Part shown: in pieces, positions 1 through 10,723 of the stretch | Position numbering within the stretch: the first letter of the stretch is position 1 | How the letters are laid out: the number at the start of each line of letters is the position of its first letter | Assembly: GCA_963674735.2 (NCBI GenBank) | Contig: CAXXQS010000002.1 | Location: forward strand, 256,001-320,000 | Length of the DNA: 64,000 bases | From: Myxococcota bacterium | GTDB lineage: Bacteria; Myxococcota_A; SURF-8 | Direction of reading: 5' to 3' | Notes under the pieces: generated by a model | Seen by the model: the letters and a program-made list of their open reading frames with translations, nothing else | What the model was told of the DNA's origin: nothing | The model's database searches: none | Made by a program: the position numbers and the translations under genes

Positions 1-95
1 CGGATGATTGGGGTCCGGTCGAAGCCAATCTGCATCTCGCCCTTTACCGAATTCCATGATTTGCCCTGCACACATAAAACGTGCAGAGGCCCACG

Positions 96-124
96 TTGAC
101 ACAGACAACGCAATCTTGTATAAT
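96..124 (+). promoter_or_regulatory. consensus sigma70 promoter
   Basis: TTGACA (96-101), 17-bp spacer, TATAAT (119-124), upstream of the ORF starting at 246. Confidence 0.8.
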
Positions 125-245
125 CTATTAGGTAGAAAATACTGACTGGCCCTTGCATGAAAAGGGCCGCCCCCGGTTTTGTCGGCTTGGTGCACCTCAC
201 CCTCGAATCTGCTACTGCCGCGGGGACGTAAACAAGGAGTTCACC

Positions 246-794
246 ATGCGCGGTCTTCCCTGGATCGTGGCGATTTTGGCGTTTACCCTCATTCCGTCTT
301 TCGCCGCCGCTCAGGAGGATGGAATGGAAGGCCCCAGCAACAAGCAGGTGGGCGTTGGACTGGTAGCCGGAGCCGCCTTTCCTTTCGCCAATAATGAAGA
401 CTACGCCATTACCGAAAGCTGGGGTTTCTACGTGGATATTCCGGTTATCAGTACTTTCCACATCAGCCCGGCGACCACACTTTATCGCCTCGATCACAAG
501 AAAAACGGCGATATTGGCAACAAGGGTATCACGGATATCTCACTCAACTTCAAATTCGTCATTCCCCTACCCGGCTGGAAAATCTGGCTGGCGGCGCTGA
601 TGGGTATTTCCAACGGGCATTTCAAGAACGGCGATTTCATTCAGCCTCACGTTGGAGGTAATACCGGTTTCTCATATAGGGTGGTCTCCAACCTCGATAT
701 TCTGTTATCGGCCCAGTACAAATTGATTATCGACGGCGATCAACGCAATATCAACATGATTCAAAGCATGGCGGGTTTGCAATTCAATTTCTGA
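246..794 (+). CDS. secreted outer-membrane beta-barrel-like protein
   Basis: AAGGAG RBS before ATG 246; signal peptide (MRGLPWIVAILAFTLIPSFAAAQ); alternating beta-strand pattern; C-terminal LQFNF. Confidence 0.7.
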   Translation: MRGLPWIVAILAFTLIPSFAAAQEDGMEGPSNKQVGVGLVAGAAFPFANNEDYAITESWGFYVDIPVISTFHISPATTLYRLDHKKNGDIGNKGITDISLNFKFVIPLPGWKIWLAALMGISNGHFKNGDFIQPHVGGNTGFSYRVVSNLDILLSAQYKLIIDGDQRNINMIQSMAGLQFNF

Positions 795-825
795 GATGCC
801 GGGGCGGAAAAGCTCAACTGTTCCC

Positions 826-854
826 TTGACTTTGCCCATGGCAGACGATAGGCT
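826..854 (+). promoter_or_regulatory. putative sigma70 promoter
   Basis: TTGACT-17bp-TAGGCT upstream of the 912-3375 operon. Confidence 0.45.
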
Positions 855-911
855 ACGCTTCGATTGGTAATTTTTGAGACTCGTGGAAAACGTCAACGAT
901 AGGGTGGGCGA

Positions 912-1373
912 ATGAAGACATTCGGACCGATCGTGCTCGGGCTTGTCTGGTGCTTGACGGCATGCGGCGGCGGGGATTCGGGCGACTGCCTGATCTATTG
1001 CAACAGTATGGATGCCGCCGGAGCCTACGGCGAATGGACCTGTAACGCGGAAGATAAAATCGACGTCAACGGTTTTTGTTTCGAACGGATCGTCGTAACC
1101 GCGACGGACGAAAACGACGATTTGATTCCGTTATGCTACCGCGACGAAGCCGACTTGCCGGCGGGTGTTGAAATCCCGGACACCGCCCCCCCCCATCTCA
1201 TCAACAATCCCAGCAGTCTGGACTCCTGCCGTTCCCAATGCGACGCCAACAGCCAAGGCGACGCCATGGATGAGGAATTAGTGCAAGAGCTGGCCGAATC
1301 GGCCTCACTCAACAGTTTCCTACAGGCACAGCTCAATCAGCAATGTCGAGTGGAAGCGGACGAACGAAAATAA
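912..1373 (+). CDS. Cys-rich acidic lipoprotein, unknown function
   Basis: Lipobox LTAC-GGG; several Cys; stop overlaps the next ATG (TAATG). Confidence 0.7.
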   Translation: MKTFGPIVLGLVWCLTACGGGDSGDCLIYCNSMDAAGAYGEWTCNAEDKIDVNGFCFERIVVTATDENDDLIPLCYRDEADLPAGVEIPDTAPPHLINNPSSLDSCRSQCDANSQGDAMDEELVQELAESASLNSFLQAQLNQQCRVEADERK

Positions 1374-2056
1374 TGGCGTCCTTCGATGAGAACATCCCGG
1401 TTTTGCACCGCATCGAGTTGGTGGAGGACGAGACGAACCCCGATCGCGACAGCGGTCGGGTAGCCTGGATTCGACGCCTGAAAGTGCACAACCGGTACGG
1501 CGATGGCAATTCTTCGCGGGACTACCGCCTGGATGTCGTTTCCCACCGCGGGATCGACGCGGTGGGGGTTATTCCCTATTGGATCGCCGAGGGCCAGACT
1601 TACGTATTTTTGCTGCGCTGTTTCCGTCCGGCTCTGGCCTTCCGACCCATCCAGCCGGAAAAAACGCCCTTTCTGATCGAAGTGGTGGCGGGCGTTCTGG
1701 AGGACGGCGAACATGACATAGACGGCGTCCGGCAACGTGCGGTAGCTGAAACCCGTGAGGAAGCCGGGTTTACCGTGAACGAATCGGATATCGTCATGCT
1801 GGGCGAGCCCTTTTTCAGCTCGCCGGGTGTGTTCACTGAAAAGCTATGGCTGTGTGCGGTACCGGTCAATCCGGCCGAACGTGAAGAACCGACTCGCGAC
1901 GGATCGGTGATGGAAGATTTGCTCGCACCACGGCCCATGGCTCTTACAGAAGCGTTGCAACAGTGCCGCCAGGGCGCTATCCGTGACGCCAAAACCGAAA
2001 TCGCGCTCGAACGCTTCGCGCGTTGGCTGAACACCGGCTCGGAGGTTCAACAATGA
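1373..2056 (+). CDS. NUDIX hydrolase (ADP-ribose pyrophosphatase-like)
   Basis: Nudix box variant EVVAGVLEDGE...AETREEAGF; SPG motif; IRDAKTEIAL C-terminal motif. Confidence 0.85.
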   Translation: MASFDENIPVLHRIELVEDETNPDRDSGRVAWIRRLKVHNRYGDGNSSRDYRLDVVSHRGIDAVGVIPYWIAEGQTYVFLLRCFRPALAFRPIQPEKTPFLIEVVAGVLEDGEHDIDGVRQRAVAETREEAGFTVNESDIVMLGEPFFSSPGVFTEKLWLCAVPVNPAEREEPTRDGSVMEDLLAPRPMALTEALQQCRQGAIRDAKTEIALERFARWLNTGSEVQQ

Positions 2057-3375
2057 CACGCTGGGTAATTATGCTCACCCTTGGAGTCGTCACGCTGCTC
2101 ATGGCGACCGCGCCGGCCTTCGCCGCACGCATAACAGACATCATCGATGCCGCCGACGACAACGACGATCCCTTCGACTTCTGCCTGCTGATTGACTTCA
2201 GCCAGGAATTCGAGTGGGCCAAACTCACCCGTGAACGCAATGTGAACAACAGCATCGAGAAGCTGATGCTCTCGCATAATGAGTTCGATATCAAGTCGGT
2301 CAAGCATCAACTCGACATCACCGGCAAATTCGGCCTCTATCACGATCTCGAATTTCACTTCATCCTGCCCATAACCCTCAACCAGGAAACCGACGGAAAG
2401 ATGTCGCAGCACTGGCGGGATAAATACTGGGGGGGCTCCTATAGCCCCGACGACATAAGTGTGGGCGGACGTCCATCCTTACTGACCGATTACGTGTTTG
2501 GTTTTCCGGCCTGGAACAGCGTCCATCGCGGTTTCGGCGATATGATCATCGGGTTTTCATACGCACCGCTCTCCGAACAGCGCGATCCGGAATACCCCAA
2601 TTTCGTTGTCACTCTCGACATGCAACTCCCCTCCGGCCCCGAGCAGAACCCCAAAATGGAGCCTTCGGCCGCCAACCTGCTCAAGGGCACTGGGAACGGC
2701 ATCAACGTCGGCGAGAAATTGTTCGCGTTTATCTTCGACATCAAGATATCCAAACGAGCCGGTATCGCCGATCCTTATTTCGGCATCCATTACAAACTGC
2801 CTATCGCGTTGAGCGGTCTCATCCAAGACCCGCGCCATGAAGGCGGCATTTTGCTTGGAACAGAGCTTGTGGCTTTCGAGCGTATTCCGGACAACGAAAA
2901 CAATGAGCCGCTATGGAAAGTCGCGTTCGATCTCGGCCTTGAAACCACCTTTTTCGGACGTGGCCAAACCTTCAACGAGTTGGTCGATCCGGCAGCCTGG
3001 CGGCGTGATAAAAGCAACGACGCTAACACAAACACCACCTATTGGCCCAATGATCCGCGCCGACCGCAGGTGTTTTATTACTTCGATGGCCAAGCACCCG
3101 AATACACCTTGCCCATCGAAGACCGTTTCCTGGAGGCCCGAGGCAACGTGGGATTCTATGCGATTCTCTACCATTACCTGCAGATCCGGAGTGGGTTCAC
3201 CATCGCCCATCGAACCGAGCATTACCTCTCGCAAGCCGAAAAGATCGACAGCACCACCCTACGACCGGCCGACATGAGCGGCTATTACACCCAGATCAAC
3301 GAAGTGGGAACTCGGGTGAAAAAAGAACGCTCTCTGGTCATCGGCTACAACATTTCGATCGGTCTTACATTCTGA
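2053..3375 (+). CDS. secreted outer-membrane protein, unknown function
   Basis: ATGA overlap with the NUDIX stop; signal peptide; C-terminal YNISIGLTF beta-signal. Confidence 0.7.
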   Translation: MTRWVIMLTLGVVTLLMATAPAFAARITDIIDAADDNDDPFDFCLLIDFSQEFEWAKLTRERNVNNSIEKLMLSHNEFDIKSVKHQLDITGKFGLYHDLEFHFILPITLNQETDGKMSQHWRDKYWGGSYSPDDISVGGRPSLLTDYVFGFPAWNSVHRGFGDMIIGFSYAPLSEQRDPEYPNFVVTLDMQLPSGPEQNPKMEPSAANLLKGTGNGINVGEKLFAFIFDIKISKRAGIADPYFGIHYKLPIALSGLIQDPRHEGGILLGTELVAFERIPDNENNEPLWKVAFDLGLETTFFGRGQTFNELVDPAAWRRDKSNDANTNTTYWPNDPRRPQVFYYFDGQAPEYTLPIEDRFLEARGNVGFYAILYHYLQIRSGFTIAHRTEHYLSQAEKIDSTTLRPADMSGYYTQINEVGTRVKKERSLVIGYNISIGLTF

Positions 3376-3413
3376 TTTCCCGGTCTGTCATACCTCCGAC
3401 TGCCAGGAAGATT

Positions 3414-3442
3414 TTGACAAGCCTCCAACGCCGAACTAAACT
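3414..3442 (+). promoter_or_regulatory. putative sigma70 promoter
   Basis: TTGACA-17bp-TAAACT upstream of 3518. Confidence 0.6.
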
Positions 3443-3517
3443 GGATTAAATATTGTGCCGCGTTCGACATCCAATAGGATGTAGAGCTTGTTTCATCTGC
3501 CGGTGAGGGAGAAACGC

Positions 3518-4651
3518 ATGCGTGTCGGCTGGCGGTTTTCGTTCGTGCTCATGCTTTGGCTGATGGCGACATCGGTCGTCTATGGGCAGAGCGAACCCGC
3601 TGAAATCAGACTCGATTTGGATTTTCCGTCCTTCGGTTACGCCCATGAAGGCTTCGTTGAAGATCTGGTATATGGCACCGATAACGTGCTGATGGATCGC
3701 CAGATTTCCTCTCCCCTGCTATTTTCCGAACCGCTAGACAGCCCGCCATCCGCAGAACCCTTGCCGGATGTGGCGGACGAGACCCTTCAGGATGAGACGA
3801 CCACAACCACAACCGACACAGAAAAAAAAGCCTCCAAGAAGAAAGAAAAAACCGCCGAGACCGTTCAGGCCAAGAAAAGCAAAGCCCCCGCCATCGGGTT
3901 GGGGGGTGGCGTCGGCTTCACCATGACCAGCCGCACCTACATTATTGGTATCCCCTTGATTTATCGGCCGAATTTCGGGAAATGGTGGCGTCGCTTGTCG
4001 CTGGTGTTGACGCTGCCCGTTGTTTACAAAACCAAAAAAATCAGCGTCACGGTCGGTGATGAGCGCGTTTCGAAAAAAGGATCCAAGTGGGGCTTCGGGG
4101 ATTTGTCTTTCGGCCTCAACTACCTGTTTCGCTGGCGAAATCTGTTTATCCTGCCCGGCTACACCATCAAATTCCCCACCGGCGACAAAGATGCCCAGGA
4201 CAACGGGTTGAGTTTGCCGATGGGATCGGGCAGTTTCGACCACATCGTGACACTCACCGTCGGCCTGCGCTGGCGACTTTGGCGTTTGCTGTGGAATAAC
4301 GCCTATCGCTATAACGGCGATACGGAAGATTTTCAGGGGGCCAGCATCGAACAAGGCGGAAATTTCTTCTCTTCCGTCGGTCCCGAGTTCGATCCGCTAC
4401 TCAAAGACTGGTGGATCGGCGCATCGCTGGCCTATTTTTTCGTGGATGAATCCCGCCGCAACGGCGTCAGTCAACCCACCGATATCCACATGCTGAATGC
4501 GCTGCTTTACACCTATTATGCCTTTGCCGACAACTTTCGTTTCGAAGTATCGGGGGGATACCCCTTCTGGACGAAATTCAATGCAGACCTAACGGATCAT
4601 CCCGACACCGGCTCCTGGTTCGTCAATGCCGGATTCAAGTTTAACATCTGA
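3518..4651 (+). CDS. outer-membrane transporter-like protein (MetA/phenol-degradation-type barrel) with low-complexity N-terminal linker
   Basis: Signal peptide; GFGDL, KFPTG and GSGSFD motifs typical of this barrel family; Thr/Lys-rich linker. Confidence 0.65.
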   Translation: MRVGWRFSFVLMLWLMATSVVYGQSEPAEIRLDLDFPSFGYAHEGFVEDLVYGTDNVLMDRQISSPLLFSEPLDSPPSAEPLPDVADETLQDETTTTTTDTEKKASKKKEKTAETVQAKKSKAPAIGLGGGVGFTMTSRTYIIGIPLIYRPNFGKWWRRLSLVLTLPVVYKTKKISVTVGDERVSKKGSKWGFGDLSFGLNYLFRWRNLFILPGYTIKFPTGDKDAQDNGLSLPMGSGSFDHIVTLTVGLRWRLWRLLWNNAYRYNGDTEDFQGASIEQGGNFFSSVGPEFDPLLKDWWIGASLAYFFVDESRRNGVSQPTDIHMLNALLYTYYAFADNFRFEVSGGYPFWTKFNADLTDHPDTGSWFVNAGFKFNI

Positions 4652-4684
4652 GGTAGACAACTCGAGTTCGAATCCTATCCAAGA

Positions 4685-4714
4685 AAAAACGCCCCCGCTT
4701 CATAACGAGGGCGT
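4685..4714. terminator. intrinsic terminator between convergent genes
   Basis: AAAAAACGCCC...GGGCGTT hairpin; U-tract on the minus strand. Confidence 0.55.
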
Positions 4715-4743
4715 TCGATATCCGTTAACCGGCGATTCCGGAT

Positions 4744-5466
4744 CTATTTTTCATTCCAGACTTTCCAAAGCCGCTCGAAGGTATCCATCAAGGCCGGACC
4801 GAGTTTTTCCGTATCGAGGGTAACCTCCGGTTCATTGGGCAGAACCGAGAAGGGAACACGGTGGCCACGAACCTCGATGTAACCGGAAAGAGCATCACCC
4901 GCCAGCTTCTCCCAGTCGTTCTCCTTGTAATAGAAGTCCATTTTCTCATCGGGTAGCGAGTGGAACAGGATGCTGTCTTCCTCGCCCGGACGCGCACGAC
5001 GGCGGTTTTTTCGCACCGATTCTTCATAGCTTACTTTGATATACACGATCGCCGCATTGGCCAGCACCTGGTCGGAGTGATTTTCAAGCGCTTCATACAT
5101 CCCATTTTCGCCGCCACGCGCCCACTCGATGATCAGGGTATTGCCGTTCTCCCAGTAATCCGGTTCCTTGGCCAACTTCTTTGCAATGGCCAGATTGACC
5201 TTCTTGATCATGAAGTTCCAGAACCAATCGTCCTTGAAGTAATATTTTGAATCGCTGTGCAGGCGCTCTTTCCCCGCCTTTTCCAGCATGTCGTCTTCTT
5301 CGAACTTCTCCCACAAAAACGGGAAATCGTCGATTTCCTCGAAAGGTCCTATGTGCATCTTCTCGGCGCGCTTGATAACCGGCACCGATTTGAGGTAGTC
5401 GATAACTTCACTTTTGCCCGCCGCCGGACGTCCGGTGAGAATGATAATGGGAAAACTCAGACCCAT
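4744..5466 (-). CDS. P-loop NTPase/kinase-like hypothetical protein
   Basis: N-terminal Walker A (IILTGRPAAGKS); AAGGAG RBS; NMP-kinase-like layout. Confidence 0.75.
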   Translation of the reverse strand: MGLSFPIIILTGRPAAGKSEVIDYLKSVPVIKRAEKMHIGPFEEIDDFPFLWEKFEEDDMLEKAGKERLHSDSKYYFKDDWFWNFMIKKVNLAIAKKLAKEPDYWENGNTLIIEWARGGENGMYEALENHSDQVLANAAIVYIKVSYEESVRKNRRRARPGEEDSILFHSLPDEKMDFYYKENDWEKLAGDALSGYIEVRGHRVPFSVLPNEPEVTLDTEKLGPALMDTFERLWKVWNEK

Positions 5467-5587
5467 GACAGCGCTCCTTTCTTTAAATCGTCCATTTCAT
5501 TTAGACGCGTATTTTCATCACTTTATTGCTTAGCATGTCCGAGCTTGGGCGGCAAGTGCTTTCGGTTAGCTTACTCTACGAATTTCG

Positions 5588-6073
5588 TTAGACATTCCGC
5601 CCCAATCGTCCCCGGATCGATCGAACTTTCGCAAGAAGGAGACCGGCAACAGGTGAAAACAGCGCTGCCGAACGTCTGATCAACTTGGCTCCAACACCCT
5701 GCGCAATCGGAACTTCCCGGCCATTTCGCCAAACCGCAGACAAAACACCGATGAGCGATTCCGGCGGCCAGGGAGCATCGCTTTCATTTAGCCAATCGCC
5801 TTTTGTGATGAGCCACTGTTGGTTTTCACGGCTCATCTTCAAATAGCGATGCAGAACGAGAGAATCATCGTCACACATCAACACGATATCACCGGGAATG
5901 ACATCAGCAGGCGTGCTTGCTTTGATGGTCACCAATGTACCGGACGGCAAGAACGGACGCATACTGTGCCCCAGTGCCCGGAACGGCATATGACGTCCGG
6001 CCGCCAATCCCTCAAAAAAGACATCGGCAGAGACGTCAAGCTTGGATTTGGGTCGTTCCGGCATTGGTCGCAC
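5588..6073 (-). CDS. S24/S26 family peptidase-like protein
   Basis: GHSMRPFL, GDIV, VLHR and TKGD motifs (Ser-His-Asp S26 type); no N-terminal TM segment; start could be 6064. Confidence 0.7.
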   Translation of the reverse strand: MRPMPERPKSKLDVSADVFFEGLAAGRHMPFRALGHSMRPFLPSGTLVTIKASTPADVIPGDIVLMCDDDSLVLHRYLKMSRENQQWLITKGDWLNESDAPWPPESLIGVLSAVWRNGREVPIAQGVGAKLIRRSAALFSPVAGLLLAKVRSIRGRLGRNV

Positions 6074-6141
6074 CGCATGAAAACGGCGGGCAAAGCCCGC
6101 CGATCATTGAATCATTCTGTTTTCAGCCATCCACCGAAGAT

Positions 6142-6558
6142 TTATTCTTCTTCGGCGGCTTCGGTCTTGGCTTTTTTCGGGGAGGCCGTCTTCAGGGTTT
6201 CATCCTCGCCCAAAAACTCGATAATGGAAACCGGCGCTGCATCACCCGCGCGATAACCTTCTTTGATAATACGCGTGTAACCGCCCGGACGCTCCATGAA
6301 ACGCGGGCCGTAATCGGCAAACAATTTGACCACCGCGCTGCGATTGAACACTTTGCGCGCTACCAGACGACGCGAATGCAGGTCGTCACGCTTAGCCATG
6401 GTCACCAGTTTCTCGACATAAGAACGCAGTTCCTTGGCCTTGGCGTCGGTCGTGCGGATCCGGCCGTGCTGGATCAGCGACGTAGCCAGGTTACGCAGAT
6501 TCGCCTTTTTGTGGCTGCTGTTGCGTCCAATTCTTCTGCCTGCAATCCGATGTCGCAT
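6142..6558 (-). CDS. rplQ: 50S ribosomal protein L17
   Basis: MRHR...[10 protein letters not shown]; follows rpoA. Confidence 0.98.
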   Translation of the reverse strand: MRHRIAGRRIGRNSSHKKANLRNLATSLIQHGRIRTTDAKAKELRSYVEKLVTMAKRDDLHSRRLVARKVFNRSAVVKLFADYGPRFMERPGGYTRIIKEGYRAGDAAPVSIIEFLGEDETLKTASPKKAKTEAAEEE

Positions 6559-6630
6559 CGTTCAGATCCTTTCTTCGACTACTCCGGGCCGATACTCATT
6601 CCGATCGGCCCGCAAAAACCGCATGGCGGT

Positions 6631-7620
6631 TTACTGTTTATCCTTCGGGGGCACGAATCCGTCGAGCTTCATTCCCAACGACAGCCCCATCTCGGCCAGG
6701 ATTTCCTTGATTTCGTTCAAGGACTTTCGACCGAAATTCTTAGTTTTGAGCATCTCGGCTTCAGTGCGCTGCACCAGCTCGTAGATATAACGAATATTGG
6801 CGTTCTGCAGGCAGTTGGCGGAACGGACCGAAAGTTCCAGCTCGTCGACCGACCGCAGCAGATTCTTGTTGAATTCTTCTTCCGGCTCTTGAACTTCCGG
6901 AATTTCAGCATCGACCGTTTCATCAAAGCTGATGAAGATGTTGAGCTGCTCTTTCAGGATCTTGGCAGCGAAACCCACCGCGTCATCCGGCCTTACCGCG
7001 CCGTTGGTGCTGACTTCGAGAGTCAGTTTATCGAAATCGATGCGCTGACCGACACGCGACTGGCTGATATGATAGTTAACGTCGCGAACGGGTGAGTAAT
7101 TGGCGTCGATCGGAATCGTGTTAAGCGGAAGATCCTGCTCGTTGATGCTGCCGGCCGCCACGTAGCCGCGTCCCATCGTAACCGTCAATTCCATGTTGAA
7201 GACCCCGCCATCACCGACAGTGGCGATATGATGGTCGGGATTCATCACTTCCAAGCTGGTCGAGACGAAATCTCCGGCGGTCACTTCGCAGGGGCCCTTC
7301 TTTTCAACCATCACAACAACCCGCTCGGAGTCGCTGAGCATTTTAAGGTCGACCTGCTTCAGATTCAGGACGATCTGAGTCACGTCCTCCACCACTTCGG
7401 GAATGGTGGCGAATTCGTGCAGCACACCCTCGATTTTGACAGCCGAAATAGCCGCACCACGCAAGGAAGAAAGCAATATCCGGCGCAACGCATTACCGAT
7501 AGTCGTGCCATAGCCGCGCATGAGAGGCTCGCAGTAGAACTTGCCGAAACGCTCGGTCAACGTATCGCGGTCGAATTCGAGTTGTTTCGGTTTGATCAGA
7601 TCGTACCACTGCTTATACAT
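6631..7620 (-). CDS. rpoA: RNA polymerase alpha subunit
   Basis: [29 protein letters not shown]. Confidence 0.99.
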   Translation of the reverse strand: MYKQWYDLIKPKQLEFDRDTLTERFGKFYCEPLMRGYGTTIGNALRRILLSSLRGAAISAVKIEGVLHEFATIPEVVEDVTQIVLNLKQVDLKMLSDSERVVVMVEKKGPCEVTAGDFVSTSLEVMNPDHHIATVGDGGVFNMELTVTMGRGYVAAGSINEQDLPLNTIPIDANYSPVRDVNYHISQSRVGQRIDFDKLTLEVSTNGAVRPDDAVGFAAKILKEQLNIFISFDETVDAEIPEVQEPEEEFNKNLLRSVDELELSVRSANCLQNANIRYIYELVQRTEAEMLKTKNFGRKSLNEIKEILAEMGLSLGMKLDGFVPPKDKQ

Positions 7621-7657
7621 GGCTCCTCCTTGGATTGGTGGCCAGGTGCCTTACCAC

Positions 7658-8290
7658 TTATTTCGAGTAAAGCTCGACAATCAGTCGCTCGTTGATATCG
7701 AGCTGAATGTCCTCACGGGATGGCGGCTGCTTGATGCTGCCCTTGAGGGCTTTCGGGTCGAGTTCGAGCCACCCGGGGATGCCACGCCGTTCGATGCCGG
7801 CAACATTCTCTTGGAAGATCGAAAGTTTACGGCTTTTCTCGATAATCTGAATTTCGTCACCGGGACGAACCTGCATCGAGGGAATACTCACCCGATGACC
7901 ATTCATCGAAAAATGACGGTGCCGTACAAGCTGCCGAGCCTGGCTGCGCGTCGCAGCAAAACCCAAGCGGTACACCACGTTATCGAGCCGCTGTTCGAGC
8001 AAACGAAGCAGATTTTCACCGGTGATGCCCTTCTGGCGATCGGCTTTGGCGAAGTAATTGCGGAACTGCTTCTCCAGCACACCGTAAATACGACGTACCT
8101 TTTGCTTTTCGCGCAACTGCAAACCATACTCGGTTACTTTGTGGCGACCGAAACCGTGTTCCCCGGGGGGATAGGGTCGGCGTTTCTGCTCCATCACACA
8201 TTTGGTCGTAAAGCAGCGCTCGCCTTTGAGAAAGAGTTTGCCTCCTTCGCGACGGCACTGACGACATTTCGCACCTGTATACTTGGCCAA
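7658..8290 (-). CDS. rpsD: 30S ribosomal protein S4
   Basis: [23 protein letters not shown]. Confidence 0.99.
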   Translation of the reverse strand: MAKYTGAKCRQCRREGGKLFLKGERCFTTKCVMEQKRRPYPPGEHGFGRHKVTEYGLQLREKQKVRRIYGVLEKQFRNYFAKADRQKGITGENLLRLLEQRLDNVVYRLGFAATRSQARQLVRHRHFSMNGHRVSIPSMQVRPGDEIQIIEKSRKLSIFQENVAGIERRGIPGWLELDPKALKGSIKQPPSREDIQLDINERLIVELYSK

Positions 8291-8321
8291 AGCTTATTCC
8301 TCCTTCATGCGTCCAGCGGTA

Positions 8322-8714
8322 TTACACACGCCGACGTTTGGGTGCGCGGCAGCCGTTGTGCGGAACCGGAGTCACGTCACGGATCAAGGTGACTTTCAAA
8401 CCAGACGCGGACAAGGCACGCAACGCGGCTTCACGCCCCGAACCCGGACCTTTCACGTAAACCGACACGTTCTGCAAACCGTGCTCCTTGGCCTTTTTGG
8501 CCGCTTCTTCGGACGCCGACTGCGCAGCAAACGGCGTGCTTTTGCGGGAGCCGCGGAAGCCGAGCGAACCGGCGCTGGACCACGCTATCGCATTACCTGA
8601 AACATCCGTAATTGTGATCAGCGTATTATTGAACGTACTTTGGATGTACGCAATGCCGGTCTGGATGTTTTTCTTGACCTTCTTCGTACGCGCCTTGCGC
8701 GATGATTTTGCCAT
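8322..8714 (-). CDS. rpsK: 30S ribosomal protein S11
   Basis: [17 protein letters not shown]. Confidence 0.99.
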   Translation of the reverse strand: MAKSSRKARTKKVKKNIQTGIAYIQSTFNNTLITITDVSGNAIAWSSAGSLGFRGSRKSTPFAAQSASEEAAKKAKEHGLQNVSVYVKGPGSGREAALRALSASGLKVTLIRDVTPVPHNGCRAPKRRRV

Positions 8715-8740
8715 GACTCCTCCGATTCGTCACGCGAGGG

Positions 8741-9106
8741 CTATTTTTTTCGTCCGAGAATCTTGCGCGGGCCTTTGAGGGTCCGTGCATTCGTATGAGT
8801 CCGCTGACCACGACTTGGCAGACCACGACGATGGCGCAGACCTCGGTAACAACCAAGATCCATCAGGCGCTTGATGTTCATCTGTACCTTACGGCGCAGA
8901 TCACCTTCCACCGTGTATTGACCTTCCAAAACCTTACGGATCTTCTGGACATCGTCCTCGGTCAGAGCATCCGATTTCAAGTTGGGATCCACTCCCGCCT
9001 TATCGAGAATGATCTTGGCCGAGGTCCGCCCGATGCCGTAGATATAGGTAAGCGCAATATCCATGCGCTTACGCTTCGGCAAATCTACACCCGCAATACG
9101 TGCCAC
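8741..9106 (-). CDS. rpsM: 30S ribosomal protein S13
   Basis: [20 protein letters not shown] start. Confidence 0.99.
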   Translation of the reverse strand: MARIAGVDLPKRKRMDIALTYIYGIGRTSAKIILDKAGVDPNLKSDALTEDDVQKIRKVLEGQYTVEGDLRRKVQMNIKRLMDLGCYRGLRHRRGLPSRGQRTHTNARTLKGPRKILGRKK

Positions 9107-9145
9107 TGTTATCTCCTTTGATCGTCCTGCCTAAACCAGCGCAAG

Positions 9146-9259
9146 CTAGCCTTGGACCTGCTTATGCTTCGGATTTTCGCAGATCACGCGAACCTTGCCT
9201 TTGCGCTTGATGATCTTGCATTTATCGCACATTTTTCGTACCGACGCTCTCACCTTCAT
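9146..9259 (-). CDS. rpmJ: 50S ribosomal protein L36 (Zn-binding type; not in ORF track)
   Basis: Manual translation [37 protein letters not shown]. Confidence 0.97.
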   Translation of the reverse strand: MKVRASVRKMCDKCKIIKRKGKVRVICENPKHKQVQG

Positions 9260-9292
9260 CCTGCTTCTCCTTACTTAAGCGAACTCCGCACC

Positions 9293-10039
9293 TCAAGTGA
9301 GGATGCGAGGACCGCCCGCAGTAATAGCAATCGAATGCTCCCAGTGAGCCGAAAGCTTGCCATCCGCTGTCACGACGGTCCATTCATCATCGAGGACACG
9401 AACCTCGTAAGTTCCTTCATTGACCATGGGCTCAATCGCGAGCACCATGCCTTCTCGCAGCCTAGGTCCTCGACCCGCCGGGCCGTAATTCGCTACTTGC
9501 GGGTCTTCGTGCAAGGCGCGCCCGACACCATGGCCGACGAATTGCCGAACCACCGAAAAGCCACGCGCTTCCACATGTTGCTGAACGGCGTGCCCGATGT
9601 CTCCCAAACGGTTACCCGGAAGCATCTTTTCGATACCCTTGTACAGGCTATCGCGGGTGTCCTGCGACAAGCGCCGAGCCACGTCGGACACATGCTCACC
9701 AACCAGGTGCGTCTGTGCCGCATCGCCATACCAGCCACCCAAAATCACGCCCAGATCGATACCGATCAGGTCGCCGTCCTTGAGTGTTCGCGTCGCGCTT
9801 GGAATGCCGTGTACCACCTCATCGTTGATCGAGGTGCACAACGTTGCAGGAAAACCCTGGTAACCCTTGAAAGCCGGAACCCCGCCTCGGCGAAGAATCA
9901 GATCCTCGGCCACGCGATCCAGTTCAAGGGTGCTGACTCCAGGCGCGATGAGTTTCTTCAACTCATTATGGACTTCAGCTACAATTTGTCCAGCTTCAAA
10001 GATCCGGTCGATTTCCTCTGCACTACGCAGATGAATCAT
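9293..10039 (-). CDS. map: type I methionine aminopeptidase
   Basis: SINDEVVHGIP; GHGVG; AIEPM; SAHWEH. Confidence 0.98.
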   Translation of the reverse strand: MIHLRSAEEIDRIFEAGQIVAEVHNELKKLIAPGVSTLELDRVAEDLILRRGGVPAFKGYQGFPATLCTSINDEVVHGIPSATRTLKDGDLIGIDLGVILGGWYGDAAQTHLVGEHVSDVARRLSQDTRDSLYKGIEKMLPGNRLGDIGHAVQQHVEARGFSVVRQFVGHGVGRALHEDPQVANYGPAGRGPRLREGMVLAIEPMVNEGTYEVRVLDDEWTVVTADGKLSAHWEHSIAITAGGPRILT

Positions 10040-10054
10040 TCTCTTATTCCCGGG

Positions 10055-10696
10055 TTATCCGAGGGACTTTTCGATCCGCTCGAACACCTCATCAAAAGAC
10101 CCGAGTCCGTCGATTTTGCGAGCCACACCGCGTTCGCTGTAATAATCGATCAAGGGCTTGGTCTGTTTGTGATATTCCGTCAGACGCTTCCCGATCGACT
10201 GCTCGTTGTCGTCGGAACGCTGATAGATTTCGCCGCCACACAGATCGCATACACCTTCGACCTTCGTGGGTTTGAACATCACGTGAAACTCGGCACCACA
10301 TTTTTTGCAAACCCGACGACCGGTCAGCCGCTTCATTAGTTCCTCATCCGGAACACCCAGCGTAACCACATGGTCGATGGCTTTACCCATATTTTTCAGC
10401 ACGTCACCCAATGCATCGGCCTGGGGAAGCGTGCGCGGAAATCCGTCGAGGAGAAAGCCATTCTGGCAATCGGGCAGGCTCAAGCGCTCACGCACGATCC
10501 CGACCACGACTTCATCGGGTACCAACGCACCCTTATCCATGTATTCTTTGGCTTTCGTGCCCATTTCGGTTCCTTCTTTGACCGCCGCGCGAAACATGTC
10601 GCCGGTGGAAATTTGAGGAACGTTATATCGGGCGATCACCTTTTTGGCCTGAGTCCCTTTACCGGCTCCCGGAGGGCCAAGAAAAATCAAATTCAT
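10055..10696 (-). CDS. adk: adenylate kinase (Zn-lid)
   Basis: GPPGAGKGTQ; LDGFPRT; CxxC...CxxC lid. Confidence 0.99.
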   Translation of the reverse strand: MNLIFLGPPGAGKGTQAKKVIARYNVPQISTGDMFRAAVKEGTEMGTKAKEYMDKGALVPDEVVVGIVRERLSLPDCQNGFLLDGFPRTLPQADALGDVLKNMGKAIDHVVTLGVPDEELMKRLTGRRVCKKCGAEFHVMFKPTKVEGVCDLCGGEIYQRSDDNEQSIGKRLTEYHKQTKPLIDYYSERGVARKIDGLGSFDEVFERIEKSLG

Positions 10697-10723
10697 GCTA
10701 TTCCTCCTTAAATCTACCAGCTC

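Noticed and set aside
1-57. Possible minus-strand gene start (MEFGKGRDADWLRPDPNHP...)
   Set aside because: Too short at the window edge to support a call.
9260-9292. Absence of infA between map and rpmJ
   Set aside because: infA lies elsewhere in many bacteria; only 33 bp here and no remnant, so not unusual.
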